Positions 13,083 through 28,000 of a DNA stretch of 64,000 nt are shown piece by piece. Position numbers and translations under genes: made by a program. Source of the DNA: Podarcis gaigeae (Eukaryota); assembly GCA_964106915.2 (NCBI GenBank), contig OZ066914.1. One strand, given 5' to 3'. The stretch's first letter is position 1. Each line of letters opens with the position of its first letter. The notes under the pieces are model-generated. The model ran no database searches. It saw only the letters and a list, made by a program, of their open reading frames with translations, and had not been told where the DNA came from.

Positions 13083-16000
13083 CGTGCGTGCGTGTCCTGA
13101 TTTCATTTTTAAGAGTAACTGCATTACAATGGGTTGTAGTCGCACAGCCTGTGCCTATTTTAGGACTTTAAACCCTTTTTTATATAGAAATAAGGCCAAC
13201 TACATTCATTCAATGAAACCTCTAAGTAAGCGTGTCTAGAATCAATATTGCAAGATCGTTACTGCAGAGCAGAAGGAATTTTCTGTGATTCTCATAGTTC
13301 TGATTGTAGATAACTGCATTGGAAGTAGATACTCATAAGTTCCTAAACAGTGTTCAGTGGCTGTTAGTCACGTATCAAATGTAGTTTTTAAAGTTATCTA
13401 TATTTCCTGTGGGACTTAGGATCTTAGAAAGTATTATATATTCCTGCCAGGTAAAACAGTATGTTGCAAAAAGGTACTTCCCACACAAAAGGAGCGGGTG
13501 CTACTGTGGTCTAAACCACTGAGCCTCTTGGGCTTGCTGATCAGAAGGTCAGCAGTTCGAATCCGCACAACGGTGGTGAGCTCTTGTTGCTGTGTCCTAG
13601 CTTCTACCAACCCAGCAGTTCTAAAGCATACCAGTGCAAGTAGATAAATAGGTACTGTTGTGGTAGGAAGGTAAACGGCATTTCTGTGCACTCTGGCACT
13701 CGTCAGGGTGTTCTGTTGTGCCGGAAGTGTTTAAGTCATGCTGACCACATGACCCCACAGCCTTGGTACAAAAGGTTATAGATATGAAAATAATTATAAA
13801 TTAATGTTGATCCTTTTTTTAATGTATGAGGCAACGAGGAACACACAAAAAATGTGATTTTCTGTATTGCTTAGATAGGAGAGGGGGACAGACTTTGCGA
13901 TGTATTCTGACAATCTTTCAGAGGAATTCATAAATTTGCTGTTTGTTGGGATGGTAAAACCCAACTCTTGATTTTTGTACCTACTAACAGTCTATAGATA
14001 GTAGTGTTCAGTTGACAGATAAGAACTCAAGTAATAGTGGTAAGATGGTGTTGGAAGATATTGGGTTTGATGGTATGGGTAGGCAACTCATATATCCATG
14101 TAATAAGAGAAGACACTATTTGAATCAATTCCACAGAAGATAGTAATTTTGCACATGCCCTCAATCAAGATTATGTCAGGAGGTTTTGTGCAAGTGGAGC
14201 ATCTAGCTCTTCAAGAAGATTCATTGTTGTTATAGGAGGGCATAGAAGTAGGAGAGAAGCAAGTTGCTTGACTTTCCTTTAGTGCAGCCGGTCTAATTAA
14301 AGGTTAGATGCAAGAATGTAAAATGCAGCTACTGACAACCAGGGAAAATGAAGGCCTAGTGGATTATCATAGTAGAGGTACATTACACAACACAATGAAG
14401 TGTTGGTATTCATGTTTCTGTAGTGGTGGGATGCAAAGATCCAACTCTGTGAAGAGGGCTGCAGCAAAGCCTTAAAGAATTCAGGCCTTGATCCCATTTT
14501 GGCATAGATTCTGTTTATAAATTTGCATGACAGTAAATGTTTGATTCCAGGCTTTGATGACAGTGCCCAGTAGACTGCTGAGTAGATCCTATTTAAATTA
14601 GCTGGAAGTTAACCTAGCTTTGGAAGCACGCAAGCATCAAGTAAATTATGGATTTAGAAACTTCCTTAACTTCAAATTGAAAGACTCATGAAAATGCAGC
14701 TTAAAATATTTATTCAATAAACTCAGTTGTGTTCAAGGCCCAAGAAATCTATTAAAATATTTACATAGCACAAAATTTAACAAACATGCTATATTATTCA
14801 GTGCTGCTTCTTACATTTCTAGCTGCTTCTTTTTACATTTTAAAAGACTGCATTAAAAGTTTCATGTGTGTGATGGTAAAAAAAGAAAGTGATCTCACCA
14901 AGCATCTGCAAGTCTGAGTATCTTAAAAAAAGAGGAATGAAAGAAGTTGAATAACAATGCTAGTTCTCCCGCCAACATACAGTTCCAGTAGTAAATGAAA
15001 ATACTCTTCCATATAAGTTTTTGTTTGTGCCTGTGGTTCTTCCAAAGCTGAGTTAAGATTCAATTTTAACATACTAAGATCAAAATACTGATTTCCCATT
15101 AAACTGTAAATACTTAAATGAAGATTTTATTATCTTTGAATAAATGTTCAGTGTGTCAATGAAATGAGTCATTGTAGGCACTTTGGATTTTGCCATTTCC
15201 AAATTTGCTTTTGCTAGAATTTTCTTGAAGTATTCTTCTCTTTCCAGCTGAGCTTGGTGACTATGACCCTGCTGAACACATCCCTGATATAGTTTCAGAG
15301 TTCAGGTTTGTGCCCGAGCAAAGTGAAGACATGGAACTCGCCATTTTTGAGAAGTGGAAGGAATACAGGTAAAAAATCTCAAATGGTAAATTGCCACATC
15401 CATCCAACGCATACCATTGTATGCATTGCTTTCTTTTGCTGAGTGAAAGGGGACTTTAAATTCCTATGAATACCTTCCTGAGTGTTGGTGTTGTATTTCT
15501 GTTGAGACAAACTAGAACATAGTCCAAAAGCTGCCTTCATTTTCTGAAGCAATCACAGCAAGCTACAAGACACATCTAAGACCAGATAGTATCGTCTGGA
15601 CAATAGGGTATGCATTTTATGCAGTCTACAGCCTTAGCACTTTTTGATGTTATCAATACAGCTCTGTAAGCTTCCACAGCTTAATTTAGCAACTCAGTAT
15701 TTTCTTAGCCCCTTGATTTCAAAACAAAACTCAAGTTGGCCATTATTAAAATTGAGTCGAGATCAGCACTATTTGGCTTGCTCTATGTATATCAAGTTCC
15801 CCTTTTTTGTATGCTTTCTGTAACCTCACTTTTTTATCAAGGCATGTCATTTTTAACTTCATGTGATTTTTGTGTAATATAAATCATTTCAGGGGGCAAA
15901 CACCAGCTCAGGCAGAAACAAATTATTTGAACAAAGCAAAATGGCTGGAAATGTATGGAGTAGACATGCATATAGTCAAGGTAAGTTTATGGTTGTGCTT

Positions 16001-19000
16001 TTGGGAGCGTTATTTTTAGTACTTCTATAAACATAAAAATACCTAAACTTGCAGTCTTTGTAGGATCTGCTTCTTATAATAGCCTAGTCTGCTTACCTAT
16101 ACAAGTTACTGAGGACAATTTAGTTAATACATATCTTGATGTGCATCTGCCAGAAATGGCTATGATCTGAAGCTCCTGCTTATATACCCAGCTGCTATAA
16201 CAGCAACCACATTTGTGAGCTTACCAAAGGTGGGCTACATGGCTGGGTGGGGACTTTAACTCTGGTCTGCCATGTCCAAGTCCAACAATGGATCTCTAGG
16301 CCAGACACAGTGAAATTATTATCCCAGTGTATTATGCAGCTAAGAAATGAATTGCTCTGAAATTCTTAATCATAATGTTAAACATATTCGGAATAAATAT
16401 AAATCATGGAAGTCTTGAGAGATGAGTGCTGAAAATAAACTGAGATTTAATATTGTTTGACTTAGGACCAGGTTTGCAGCCTAATGTTCAGTAATTCTCA
16501 AGAAACCACAAATGATAAATCATAAATGTAGCTTTCAGTGTAGATTAATAGAAGTGAAATGTTCTATGTAACTATGTCTGTTTCTAGAATTCATATCTGT
16601 CAACGTGGCTTGATTGAATCCTCAGAGTAGCAGACAATGTCCTTAGAAGCAGTGAAAATAATATCCAGAGATAAAATATTTAATAAAACAAAAAATAATA
16701 ATAGAATAAATGCTTGGTAAGGGGCTTGTTAATAACACCTGTGACTAAGGCCTTTAATTTTGCTGCAGTATCTTAACAGTGAATGAAAGTATAATTAAAG
16801 TAACTTGTACCAGCAAAAAGTCACATCTGCAGGAATATTCAAATCTAATTTGTATCCCTCTTAGGCAAGAGATGGAAATGATTATAGCCTCGGACTAACA
16901 CCCACAGGAGTTCTTGTGTTTGAAGGAGAAACTAAGATTGGATTGTTCTTCTGGTAAGCAGAATAATTTATAAAATAAATTATTTTAGAGTCTGCAGCCT
17001 AGCCCTAGGCTAGAATTTGTAAGTCTTGTAAGCAAGCACGGTTCTACGTTGGCATTCTCTGTGATTTGCCATAACAGAGCTCTAGGTGTATTGCAAATGG
17101 GTGGAATGATTCTTGAAGATGGCTGTAACAGCTATTTAGTTTGGACTTTTGAGAAATTAATGTCTGTGTTAGACTACGTGTTTATTTGTAAAAAAAGAGT
17201 GGTTTTCCTGAGAGTGCAGATATGTCTGGGTATGGGACATTCATTCAGTAGGATAAGTGTATACTTCTCATTCACTGGAAGGAACTAACAAACTGGTCTA
17301 CATGAATCAAGCATAAACATTCAAAATCAGAAAATCCAATTAGAATTACCCTTTAAAAATTAATTTAACATTGACATTTGTGTTAAAGCACCCCATGGTT
17401 AAACTTGTAATTTTTAAATATTAATTTATAGCACAAGATAATAGCTGGTGTTCTTGGCGTTTCATAGGTTTTTGTAAAATATGTTTTTACCAGGTGCTGT
17501 ATGAATTGTGGTGCAATTGCAGTAAAGTACATACATCTTTTACATTTTAACTTTTTCCCATTGCAGGCCAAAGATCACTAGGTTGGACTTCAGAAAGAAT
17601 AAATTAACACTAGTGGTGGTTGAAGATGATGAACAGGTAGAAGGAAGTCTTTGTTCATCTTGCTTCTATTGTTGTGAGTTAGTTTAAGCATAAGTATTGT
17701 AGCCAAAATAAATTAAGGATGGTTGTGGGTGATAACGTAAACATTTTTCCTATTGATTGTAATTGGCACTTAGTGAAAATTATTGTTTGAAAGTGAATAG
17801 TGACCTGTCATATTCTGAAGAGACTGTCCTTAAAATTTATTTTTCTATCCAAGAATGAATAATGAGTAACTATTACAGATAGTTGAAACATTTACCTAAT
17901 TGCTGAAACATAATATCATTTTAACACCAACAGGCATTGTTCATCTTCTTGAAGTAACACAGTGTTACTTGATCTCCTCCACATACAGCATTAGTATTCT
18001 TGTATTCCATTCTTCCACCAAGTTACTCAGGCCAGCACTTGTTTGTTCATCTGCCACCCCCTCCAACTTTATCCAGGCTGAAAGTTACTAGCCTAAGATC
18101 AATCACTCAGTGAGAGCATCATGGCTGAATGAGGATTTTAACCTGGCTACTTCTCCCAGGCTAGGGTTCAGTATTCTAATCACTAATAATACACTGGATT
18201 TCAAGAGTGATCTTTAAGTTTCTACCAATAGTAATGTGAGGTTTCTTCCTCTTTGCATTTGATAAGGCATAATGCTACAGAGGCAGCACTACCGTTCTGT
18301 GTTTATATTAATTATGGAGAAATTTGGCTGACTTTGTATTACTTCCAAGTAAAAATATGTTGGATTTCAAGTGCCTAATTAGTGTGTGTTGATTGATTTG
18401 GTAAAGAGACTAGAAAATCAGCCTAGGGGAAGGTAGATTGTAAACACTGGTGCTCCAAGCCTTCTTTTAAAAAAAGTAAAAAATGGTTTTGATAAATAAA
18501 TCTCAACTATCTTGAATAAACCACTTGGAAAATAGAAATGCAATCTTTTCCATTCTGTTTGTTCTTCTTGTCAGGCTACTCAAGTTGTTGAAAGCCATTA
18601 TTCTCCTCCCCACTCCCAATCCACAGTCAGCACAAAGTATAGCAGCTCCTATGTCAAGAAGGCAACATATCGCTCAGCAAGGTCACATGTCTTCAGTTGT
18701 GGCTTGGCATTTTTAAAGAAGTTGTGCAGTTTTCCCTTTAAGTGACTAGCGCTGTATAACATATTTTATAATTGTAATGCTTTTTTCTGTCATAATAACA
18801 AAAAAGATAAACTGCTATTTATATTTTATCTCTCTGGCTTATTCTGTGTCAAGGAAACAGGAAGAACCTGTTATATCAGTAATGCTATAAAATACTGAGA
18901 GCACATTGTTCTCTTCAGTATTTTATAACATTCTTGGCTGAACTTACCTTTTGAGTTATGGGTTCTATGAATGCCTGCAATTCGTGACTGTAGCTGCAAT

Positions 19001-22000
19001 GATTTGAAGGTAGCATTCATGGTAGTTTTCTAACCGTCCTGTGGTGGTCATTTCCCCCCCCCCTAAGGGCAAGGAGCAGGAGCACACTTTTGTCTTTAGG
19101 CTGGATCACCCAAAGGCCTGCAAACATTTGTGGAAATGTGCAGTCGAGCATCATGCCTTCTTCCGCCTCCGTGGACCCGTCCAAAAAGGTTCCAGTCGGT
19201 CAAGCTTCATTCGGCTGGGGTCAAGGTTCAGATACAGGTCAGCAATCTCTTTTGTTCAATACCTTCTTCCCTGACTTTTTCTCAGATAAGGCACGGGAAA
19301 GAAAGCTGGTCCATAGTTTTCTTTGTAGTAGTCACTACTCCAGATTCGTATTGGCATAAAGGGAAAGGATTGAAAGAGGCACTTAGCTCAGTCAAAATAG
19401 TCTGTAGGCATGGAAAATCTGCCGCGTGTTAAGCCTTTCTGCTGCTGTGTTCTGCGGAATACCAAAGCCAAACTTCTACCTTGGCCAAATCCAGAAAAGA
19501 CTGAATTTCTAGATCTCGTGATTAGAGAAAGAAGCCTGAACTGTTTTTGCATATGCTTATTTATTGGAGGAAATGGATCTGTAGTTACTCAGCTCGAGTA
19601 TACATCCTTCCCTACTTTCCCTCCCCCATTTAGGGGATAGAGCATTAAAAAATATTAAACTGAGGCCATGAACAGATTGGTAGTCAGGGAAGTCAATGTA
19701 GTATTGGTGTCTTCAGATCTGATGATTGGGCTCCTGTCAGCAGTTCAGCTGCTCATTTTGAACCAATTAAGTTCCCAAATGCTTTTCAAAGGAAGCACAG
19801 TGTGGAACACATTACACAGTGATCTAAGATGGTTGTAACCAGTGGATGTGGAACTGTGGCCATTTCCCTTCTCCAGTAGTTATAGCTGGCTCACCAGTTG
19901 AAACTCTATTCAAAAGGGCTGCGTTGAAGAGCACTCCCATTCTACAAAACTGCTCTAGTAGGTACTAGTGAATCCTTGAGTTTTCTCCGCCATGTCTTTT
20001 GGCTGACTCTCACACAAAGTGTAGAGATGATTTAATGGAAGTGGGGGTAACGTTTAGCTTCTACAAGTGTAGGTTTTTGTGATGAAACTGATATTTTTGG
20101 CACAAAATATATATACAGTTGCAGTAATTATCAGCTGAGTGCACATGGACTATGGTTTTCATCCTATTCGTGTTTCTTGTTTCATTCCATTTTTCCTTGT
20201 CTCTGTTTTGTTCTTGGATTTTATACTATATCATCTGGTAAGGATCATGTCTGTTTAATATGATTATAGAATCTAATAGTATGTATATGACTAGCTTTAA
20301 ATAAAACAAAAGCACATGAGAACTAAGTGTTTAGAAGAGCAAGGATAATTGGGTGCTGTCACTTACATCAGCTTTTCCAATATAAATGTTTTCTCTTGTT
20401 CTTTCCACTTCAACCTAGTGGGAAAACAGAGTACCAGACAACAAAGACCAACAAAGCCAGAAGATCGGCATCTTTTGAAAGAAGGCCTAGCAAGCGATAC
20501 TCAAGGAGAACGCTACAAATGAGAGGTAGCTTGACTCATTGGTAGGCGGTGCCACTCGACTTGATCCAAATTACTACTTTGACTTACACAAACTAACAGA
20601 ATACCTGATCCCCATGCTGTAGCTTAAACTGTTTTTGAAACTAAAAGGTGCTTAATAACTATTGTGGCATGAGTGTAGAGCCTGATGTTTCAGAATATCA
20701 AATCCACCCCCTTGAGTTCCTAGATCCAGTGTCTTTGGATCCTTGCCCGTTCTACAAACAGCATACAATATTGATAATGGGGCAATTTGCCTGGACTTTC
20801 CTTCCCTGTCTTCCGACTTATCCATTGTATTTACTAGGGCTGTGCCAGGCACCCGCAGTTCGGCTCAGGGCTCAATTGGTGATCCTGATCATGCTCAATC
20901 TGGGCTATGAGCTGGACTTGGGGCCTTTCATAGTTCTAATGTTTATTCAGCATTTGAAACCCTAATGAACCATGTGTTTGATGACAAGGGGACTCTTACC
21001 TGCATCATCTTCTCTCCCCCACCTGTTGCTGCCTGAACACCCTCTCCCCTTTCGGCAAGCCCAGACCACTCCAGGTGAACCTAGGGTGCTTGGGGCCGCT
21101 TCAACCCAGTCTAGACAAATCATGGATCTGCCAGAATCCATTTGGAATCTTGGATTTGTCTGGGCTGGATGCAAGGCCCTAGTATTTAGTGGAAGTGTCT
21201 GTGAAAGGTGGTAAAGCCGCATGATAGGTAACCCTACAAATAGTATATACCTATTTCCCCACACATTCTAAGTTTTAGTCTGTTTTAAAGTGTGTCCCTA
21301 ACACTCTGCACAAGTATCTTTGGGAAAAAATAATGCAAGCTTTTTGATATTGTGTAATTGATATATTGGACAATTTTTTTGTTTTATTACAGGAAACACT
21401 CATAAATCTGAAGAAACTAGGTAAGAGGACCTGTCGGCATTAGGCTTCCACAGTAAAGATTTATTCCATGAATATGTCTTGGTCATCTCTATAGGATTAT
21501 CAGGAATATTCTCTGATAATACGTTAAAAGCCCCTTTCCTGTTGCTTACGTATTTTTTCATGAATTAGACACCATTCAAATCAAACAGTAAAACTCATGC
21601 AAGGCAGAGAGCTTAAAAGCTCTTTCCATGCCATATTTTCCTGCCATAGAAAGAGCTTTGTAAGCTCTGCCTTGCTTACCAGGCTCTGGGAAGGTCTTGC
21701 ACAGACTCTGGAGATCTCACAAGACCTTGGGATAACCCTGCAAGATTTCCCAGGAGTCCACAACCTCCCAGTGCCCAGTACGCAAAGCCTGTTTGGTGTG
21801 CTGGCTTTGGAAATGTAGGCATGGTCACACTGGGCTTGTTCTGACTATACACAATTTTGGCTTCACATGCTACCCCCCAGAGTGTAACCCCCCCCCCACA
21901 AGATGCGATCCTACTGTACTTATTTTTTTACTCCTTTTCTTAGTTAGTGAAAGAGGTAGGTAGCCTCATGGGAGTCTGCCATCTTCCCTCTACTTATTTT

Positions 22001-25000
22001 TAATGGTGGTATTAGGATATCATGGTATGTTCACCCTAGAGCTAATCAATTCTATGTTTGACTATGCATGCTAATTAACATTGCTGATTAAAATTGATTT
22101 TAAAAGATGCATGTCGTTTCACTGAAAGTTATTAGATCAGCAGTGAATTTTTTGCTGTTGTTGAAAGAAGTGCTCTTTCATACCTGCTTGTTATGGTGTG
22201 GTGTTTGACTTAACAGATCTGTGCAAGTTAGCTTCATGTGGAAACCACAACAACCATGCCTTGATGGAACTGGAAACATACACAGATAAGATAAATTAAT
22301 GTGTTTTGGTTCCAGGCATCAGGGCTCAGTATTTCACTCTTACCATCGTTGAAAATTTGGCTTTGATTTATTGCACTCCTACCCCTGTTCATGCAGATTG
22401 ATAAGATTTGCCTTGATAAGTTCTGCCTACCAGAACTTCATATGGATTATGATGGTTTAGGAAAAAGTCCAGCATATGTGTGAGATCTTAGTGTAAAACA
22501 GTCAAAGTAAGGGCTGCTTTGGAATCAAGTGATGCATACAAATGTAAATACAGAAAATGCTGCTTTGGCCTCAGTTTTATTTATTTATTAATGTCCCTGT
22601 TGTTGATCCTACTTGGAGCTGGCAGACCCAGATAAGCCTTAAAATCCTAACAGTTTGATCTTTGATAAATTAACTTTAAACTATTGGTTTTTTCCCCCAT
22701 TTCAGCCTTCCAAATAATGTTTTCAGCCAAAATAATGGATCACAGCAAGTAAGTTTGTCTAAGCTGTTTACTTAACATTTTTCTAAGTCTTTGCGTCAAA
22801 AGTAAACTAATCTCAAATGCAGTTGCCTTGACCTCAGAATTTAGAACCTGTAGTAAATGGAAAGTTGGATCATTTGGTTCTCTTGGCCATAAATGTTAAG
22901 CTAATATATGAAAATTTACAAACCAAAGTAGAAAACCTTGTGTTCTCATTTTCAAGGCTTAAAAAACCCCAATGAAGGCAAAACTACATTTTTGCTTTGT
23001 ATTTTGTCTTTCAAGAACTGGAGTGCGATGCCCGCCTTACCCTCAGTTACAGCAGTTCCTTCTGGGCCAGTCTTAGTTGAAATAGAAAACCTCCCACGGA
23101 GTCCCGGGACCAGCCAGCAAGACAAGAAATGGTGCGTCACTCTGGTCTCACTTTGCTCTGATTTGGAAATGATGAGTTATTGGTCATTTCACGTACCTTT
23201 CCTGCAACTGATATTGTTCATATTTGTGTCTTCTAAGAAGAATATATTGTTGTGGGGGTCATAGATTGTTCTTTTCAGCCTAATTTGGATACTTTGTCAA
23301 TTCATAATTTGCAGTCCAGGTGTTGCTGGGTAGCACCTTGCTATTGTGCACCCTCATTATGTGCTCCCGCAGTGAAGTGAGTTGAATGACTTGTCCTTCA
23401 ACCAGGATTGTGCTCTAAGTTCTGGCCAGATGAGAAAAGCCAAACTTTTCATTACTGCAGGCTTTTCTTCAAAAAAATTTATAAAACCATCAAGCTTCAC
23501 AGCTGCAGGTTTTTGGTTTTTGGGGTTTTTTTGCAGTGACCAGGAGGGGTTCACTTAAGAAAATGGAAAAGGTTGCAAATAAGAGCTTATATTTCATTTA
23601 AATTCCTTTTCCTGGCTATCCATTTAAATTCCTTTTCCTGGCTATCCATCAAGATAAGACCATATTACTTAGCTTTCAGCCCCATTCTTGCTCAAAAATA
23701 CTTTTTGCTTCAAAGGGGACAATTTAATCTTGGAGAAAAACTTTTAATTCTCTCAGACACTTTGAAAAACTGCAGCATTACAATGCAGTAGACTTAAAAT
23801 TTATCTTAGACTGTTTCATCCATGCAGTGAACCTTTGACATGTGATCATAATCTGATTTGTTTTGCTTTTGTACAACTTATTTATTTGATCTCATTTAAT
23901 TTGTATGCTATTTAATTGTAAAGAAACATACTTTGAAGTGGTTATAACAGTGATACAGCAAGTATCACTAATTTGTGGTCCTAATTGTTCAGATGTATTT
24001 GTCTTTTATGCAAACTTAGCTAATTGTATCTGTTGACTTAAAAATGCTCTTGACTTTGGCTTTATATCTTGAAGCTGTTCTGAGCTATGATCAAAAACAT
24101 AATCAAAAGGTGCTTTCTCTTTTCTCTTGCCCTTGATTTATCCAGTGTCTGAAATTGGAGGTTTTTCTCTTGAGCTCTTGGTTGCTCTGTCAGTTTCTTC
24201 CTTCCCACTGGTGGTGATTGTAAGGTGGTGATACTTTATTTTTTAAATTCTGTTTTGCCTTATTGGTATGATGGCCTGTCTTGCATAAGCTCAGTATAAC
24301 TGCTGTGCACATGCTTTTTGGTAACATTCTTGTGTGTGGTCTTTAGACTCCAGCTCCAAACAGCTCTGACTATGCTTTAACAGCCTTCTAGCGATTTATC
24401 AAGGAGTTGCTGCTTCTAAGAATATAAATGGTGTATTTAGAAATGTACACAGCAGTGATTGTGCTGTGAATTGCAGAATTTGGAAAACTTCAATTTGCTC
24501 CCGTTCTCCTTCTAAAATGGGTGGGGAGCTGTGGACCTCCAGATGGTGTTAAACTCCAAATCCCATTACCCCAAACTGTTACAGTCAGTGATCAGGGATG
24601 GTGGGAGTTGCAGTCCAGTATCATATTGCTCAAGAGGTTTTCCCTTTTTTATACCCAGTACAATTGCGAAGAAAAGTAAGTGTGTGGTAACTTCAATTAA
24701 GGCTATTGCTACATGTAGTTCCCTTCATTAATATTAATTAAAATTTCAAAGTGTGTATAATCACATATAGTATATACACATCTCTTCCACTGAGACAAAT
24801 TGCCAATTTGGCTTCCCACCACAAGAGCCTGCTGTAAAATAGGCATATATGAGTCAATAGGGTTAATAGCTGTGTAAAAGAAGGAATTAATTATAGCAGG
24901 TACAGTTGGTTGCCCTAGATATACATATGGGCTATACCACTGCTATGTAAAAAAGGACCATTTTGGAAGTACGGTAGCTGTTACGAGCTACAGAAACCTT

Positions 25001-28000
25001 AATAGATAAGAAAGGGTTGTTTTTCACCATAGTTCCTGTTCCATCAACCCCTGGATATTATAGCTTTTCCATCCATGTGTTGCAGTGGTCTATTCCAGAC
25101 CTTAGTGGCACAAGGAGAACTTTTTAACTGTAACAGACGTGCATGTTTGATAAAACTTGTCACACAACCTGTCTGTTTATCCTCGCCCTGTGTGCCTATA
25201 CTGGCTGTGGGCGCTTGGAGGAAAACATGGACCATGTGTTCAGAACTTCAGGTGTAAGTTCGCTTCAGCAGTAGCACAGTATGTGATATGGGCAGTATAT
25301 TGAGTAGATCTTACATCACCTTGGGATTTTGTGGGGAAATCTGCATTCTTCCATTTCAGAATTAAATATTCATCAAGCAGCCTACATTTTTGTTATTCTG
25401 CATGGTACGGCCCAGTTCACAGATGATGTTAAAACATTAGTTTAATGCAAACATTAAATGCTCATTTTTGGCTTACTCCTCATAGTAAGCCACCAGTGAT
25501 GGTTCTTGCACAGCACTAAGCCAACATCTGGTTTTGTTTAATGGTGGAACAGCACAGCAGCAGTGGGAGAGGAGTAAAATGGACACTCATGAGAATCCTG
25601 CCCCAGTATGCTGCTTGTTCACATTAAACAGGTGTTTGTTTCTAACTATGATTTAATGTTATACATGAACTCGGCATGTATGTATGCATTTTAACAGGTG
25701 CTGCTATTCTCAGGGGTCGGGAAGGGGAAGCAGTAAAGAATTGTTTGGAGCTGTATGGTCAGTCAAGTGTGTTGCGTTCAGTCTGAAGTTTAGAATGAGA
25801 TTAAGCTGGATGCATTGATGGAATGTGTGTCTCTGCTTGGAGGAGAGCGACTTGAATGTCTCGATGCTGCCTTTGGGGCTTTCCTGCATCAACCTCTTAT
25901 CCCTTTTAATTGGTCTGGTCCCACAGCTTGGCTTTGGTCTTGCTCCTTTCACTTCATCAGCCTTCTTTAGAGAATTTTTATTTAAGCTCAAAATTGTTAG
26001 AATTATGGTGCATTGAACTTCTTAATTTGGTAAAGGATCTGAACATTTTTAAAGGAATGGTTCTTTGCATGTATGGAAACGTGGCTGTGTTTCATTATGT
26101 CGTTGTTAAACATAATTTGAGCTGCAGTGCTGACAGTGCCACTCAAAAGGATAAGCAATGCAACACCATTCAGAGAGTTTACTATGAGTTATTGTGGAGG
26201 TTCCTAATCTATTGATTGTGAAGACAAGGATATTCAGTGTAAACTCCACAGTTAGGTTTGCACTTAGGTTTTACAGGATTGTCAAGGTTAATTCCTGATC
26301 ATAAGGCACTATTGAAATCTTGCTCTGTGTTTAAGGGACGAATGAGCAGCCTGTGTCTTCTCAAATTCACATTCAATTTTAAACATGTTTGTTGCTGCCT
26401 TGATAGTGGAACAGAGCAGATGTGGGGCTAGGATGTCAGGTGCTGGTGATCCATCTTCAGGGATTACCAGCTCCCATGAAAACAAAGAATAGGGCCATCT
26501 TGAGCAGACCTGCCCAGATGTTCCAAGTTCCACTCCTACCCTCCATTAGGCTAATAGACATTAGTCTAGGCTAACAGTGTGAACACCTGTAGGGCCTTGT
26601 GTAGCTGTACATGCAAAGACTTCCACAAACTCTGGAACCCTGAAATTTATTGCTGGCAGCCATTATGATGAGCTGTTCATAAAATAAAGGTGGTGTTTGA
26701 ATTCATACGGCAATGAACCAGATCCTCAGCATAAGAAACAGGAGTTGATTTGATTTGAAATTGCTTCTAAAGAAGGCTTCTTTGCAATAGGCTTGGTATC
26801 TTGCATGCTTTTCAAATCTCCTTTACTCTGATGTGCATATTCTTCCTGCGATGCTGCTTGATTGCATAGTGATGCGATTTTAGTGGAACATTACAACAGA
26901 CAGAACTGTCATACTGTATTTTCCAAAATGGAAAAGTTGATCAGTAGCGGTCTCACAACCATACTGATAGGCTTTCCCCCAGTCTTCATTGGATAGTTGT
27001 TGTACTGTCAGTAGAACTACAGGCTTTAGGGCACAAGCTTTGAATATGGTTAAATATTCAGTACACACATATACATGCGTACACTACACACTCCAGAAAC
27101 CAGCCAAAGACTATCAGATACTCAAACTATCTAAGAAAAAAACCCTGAGAAAACTCCCCTCGTGTATACAGTAGCACCAAAAGTGGCATGGTACTGTTGA
27201 AAATAATAGTTATGACTGTTACTAATTATTAGATTGAAGGATTTAAGAATTCTAAAAGTCTTGTTCAGTTGAGTTGCCTTCCTTAGCTGGCTTTGGCAGC
27301 AACACTCAATTCAATCAAGTGTTCTGATCAAATTTAGTAGGAGTAAGTGTGGGAGACAGGAAGCCAAGCAAAGGTTTTTACTAATCTCCTGCATTCTTAG
27401 GCCATTTCCTGGTCAAAACCCCCACAGGCATTATAGTTATCTTTTGCTGTCATCCAAAATGGGCCTTCCTAAGTTTTCTTTGAACACACTAAGCTTTTGG
27501 GAAGTGCTTCATTCCATTTTAAAATCAGTGGTTATGCCAATAGGTAGGTGTAGAAGTTCAGATCTATAGATGCATTAATGCAGTTAATTTTAAAATACTT
27601 ATTATTAGGAAATTTGGAATTCAGAACATAAAAGAATGTGATTCTGAATCCAGCTAAAAAGCAAACTTCCTTGATGTGTAATATTAAGGAACCAAGTGTC
27701 CAAGATATCTTCAATATGGAGCAACTCCAGCTATGCTCATAGGCATTAATTAGCAGTAGAGCAGAGGAGAAAAAACTAGCCCTTCCTCTTTCTGAAGCGC
27801 TAAAGATTTTCTGTCATAACAAGATGGTTTTCCAAGACCATGCACTAATCAGAACTAGGCAAGTCCAGGACAGCTTCATTCATTAACACACTGTGTCTGT
27901 GTTAATGTTGAAAATTGCCCGCATCCAAGAAGATTGATTTTGCAATTTCCTAAAATGAAATTTGGGCACAGAAAAATGGCAGAAGCCATGCCAAGCAAGC

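Noticed and set aside
25698-25818. Third possible terminal exon of EPB41L5 (ttttaacag|G, phase 2, 40 codons WCCYSQG..MH*)
   Set aside because: No homology recognised, short pyrimidine tract and no nearby poly(A) signal; cannot be distinguished from chance without RNA data.
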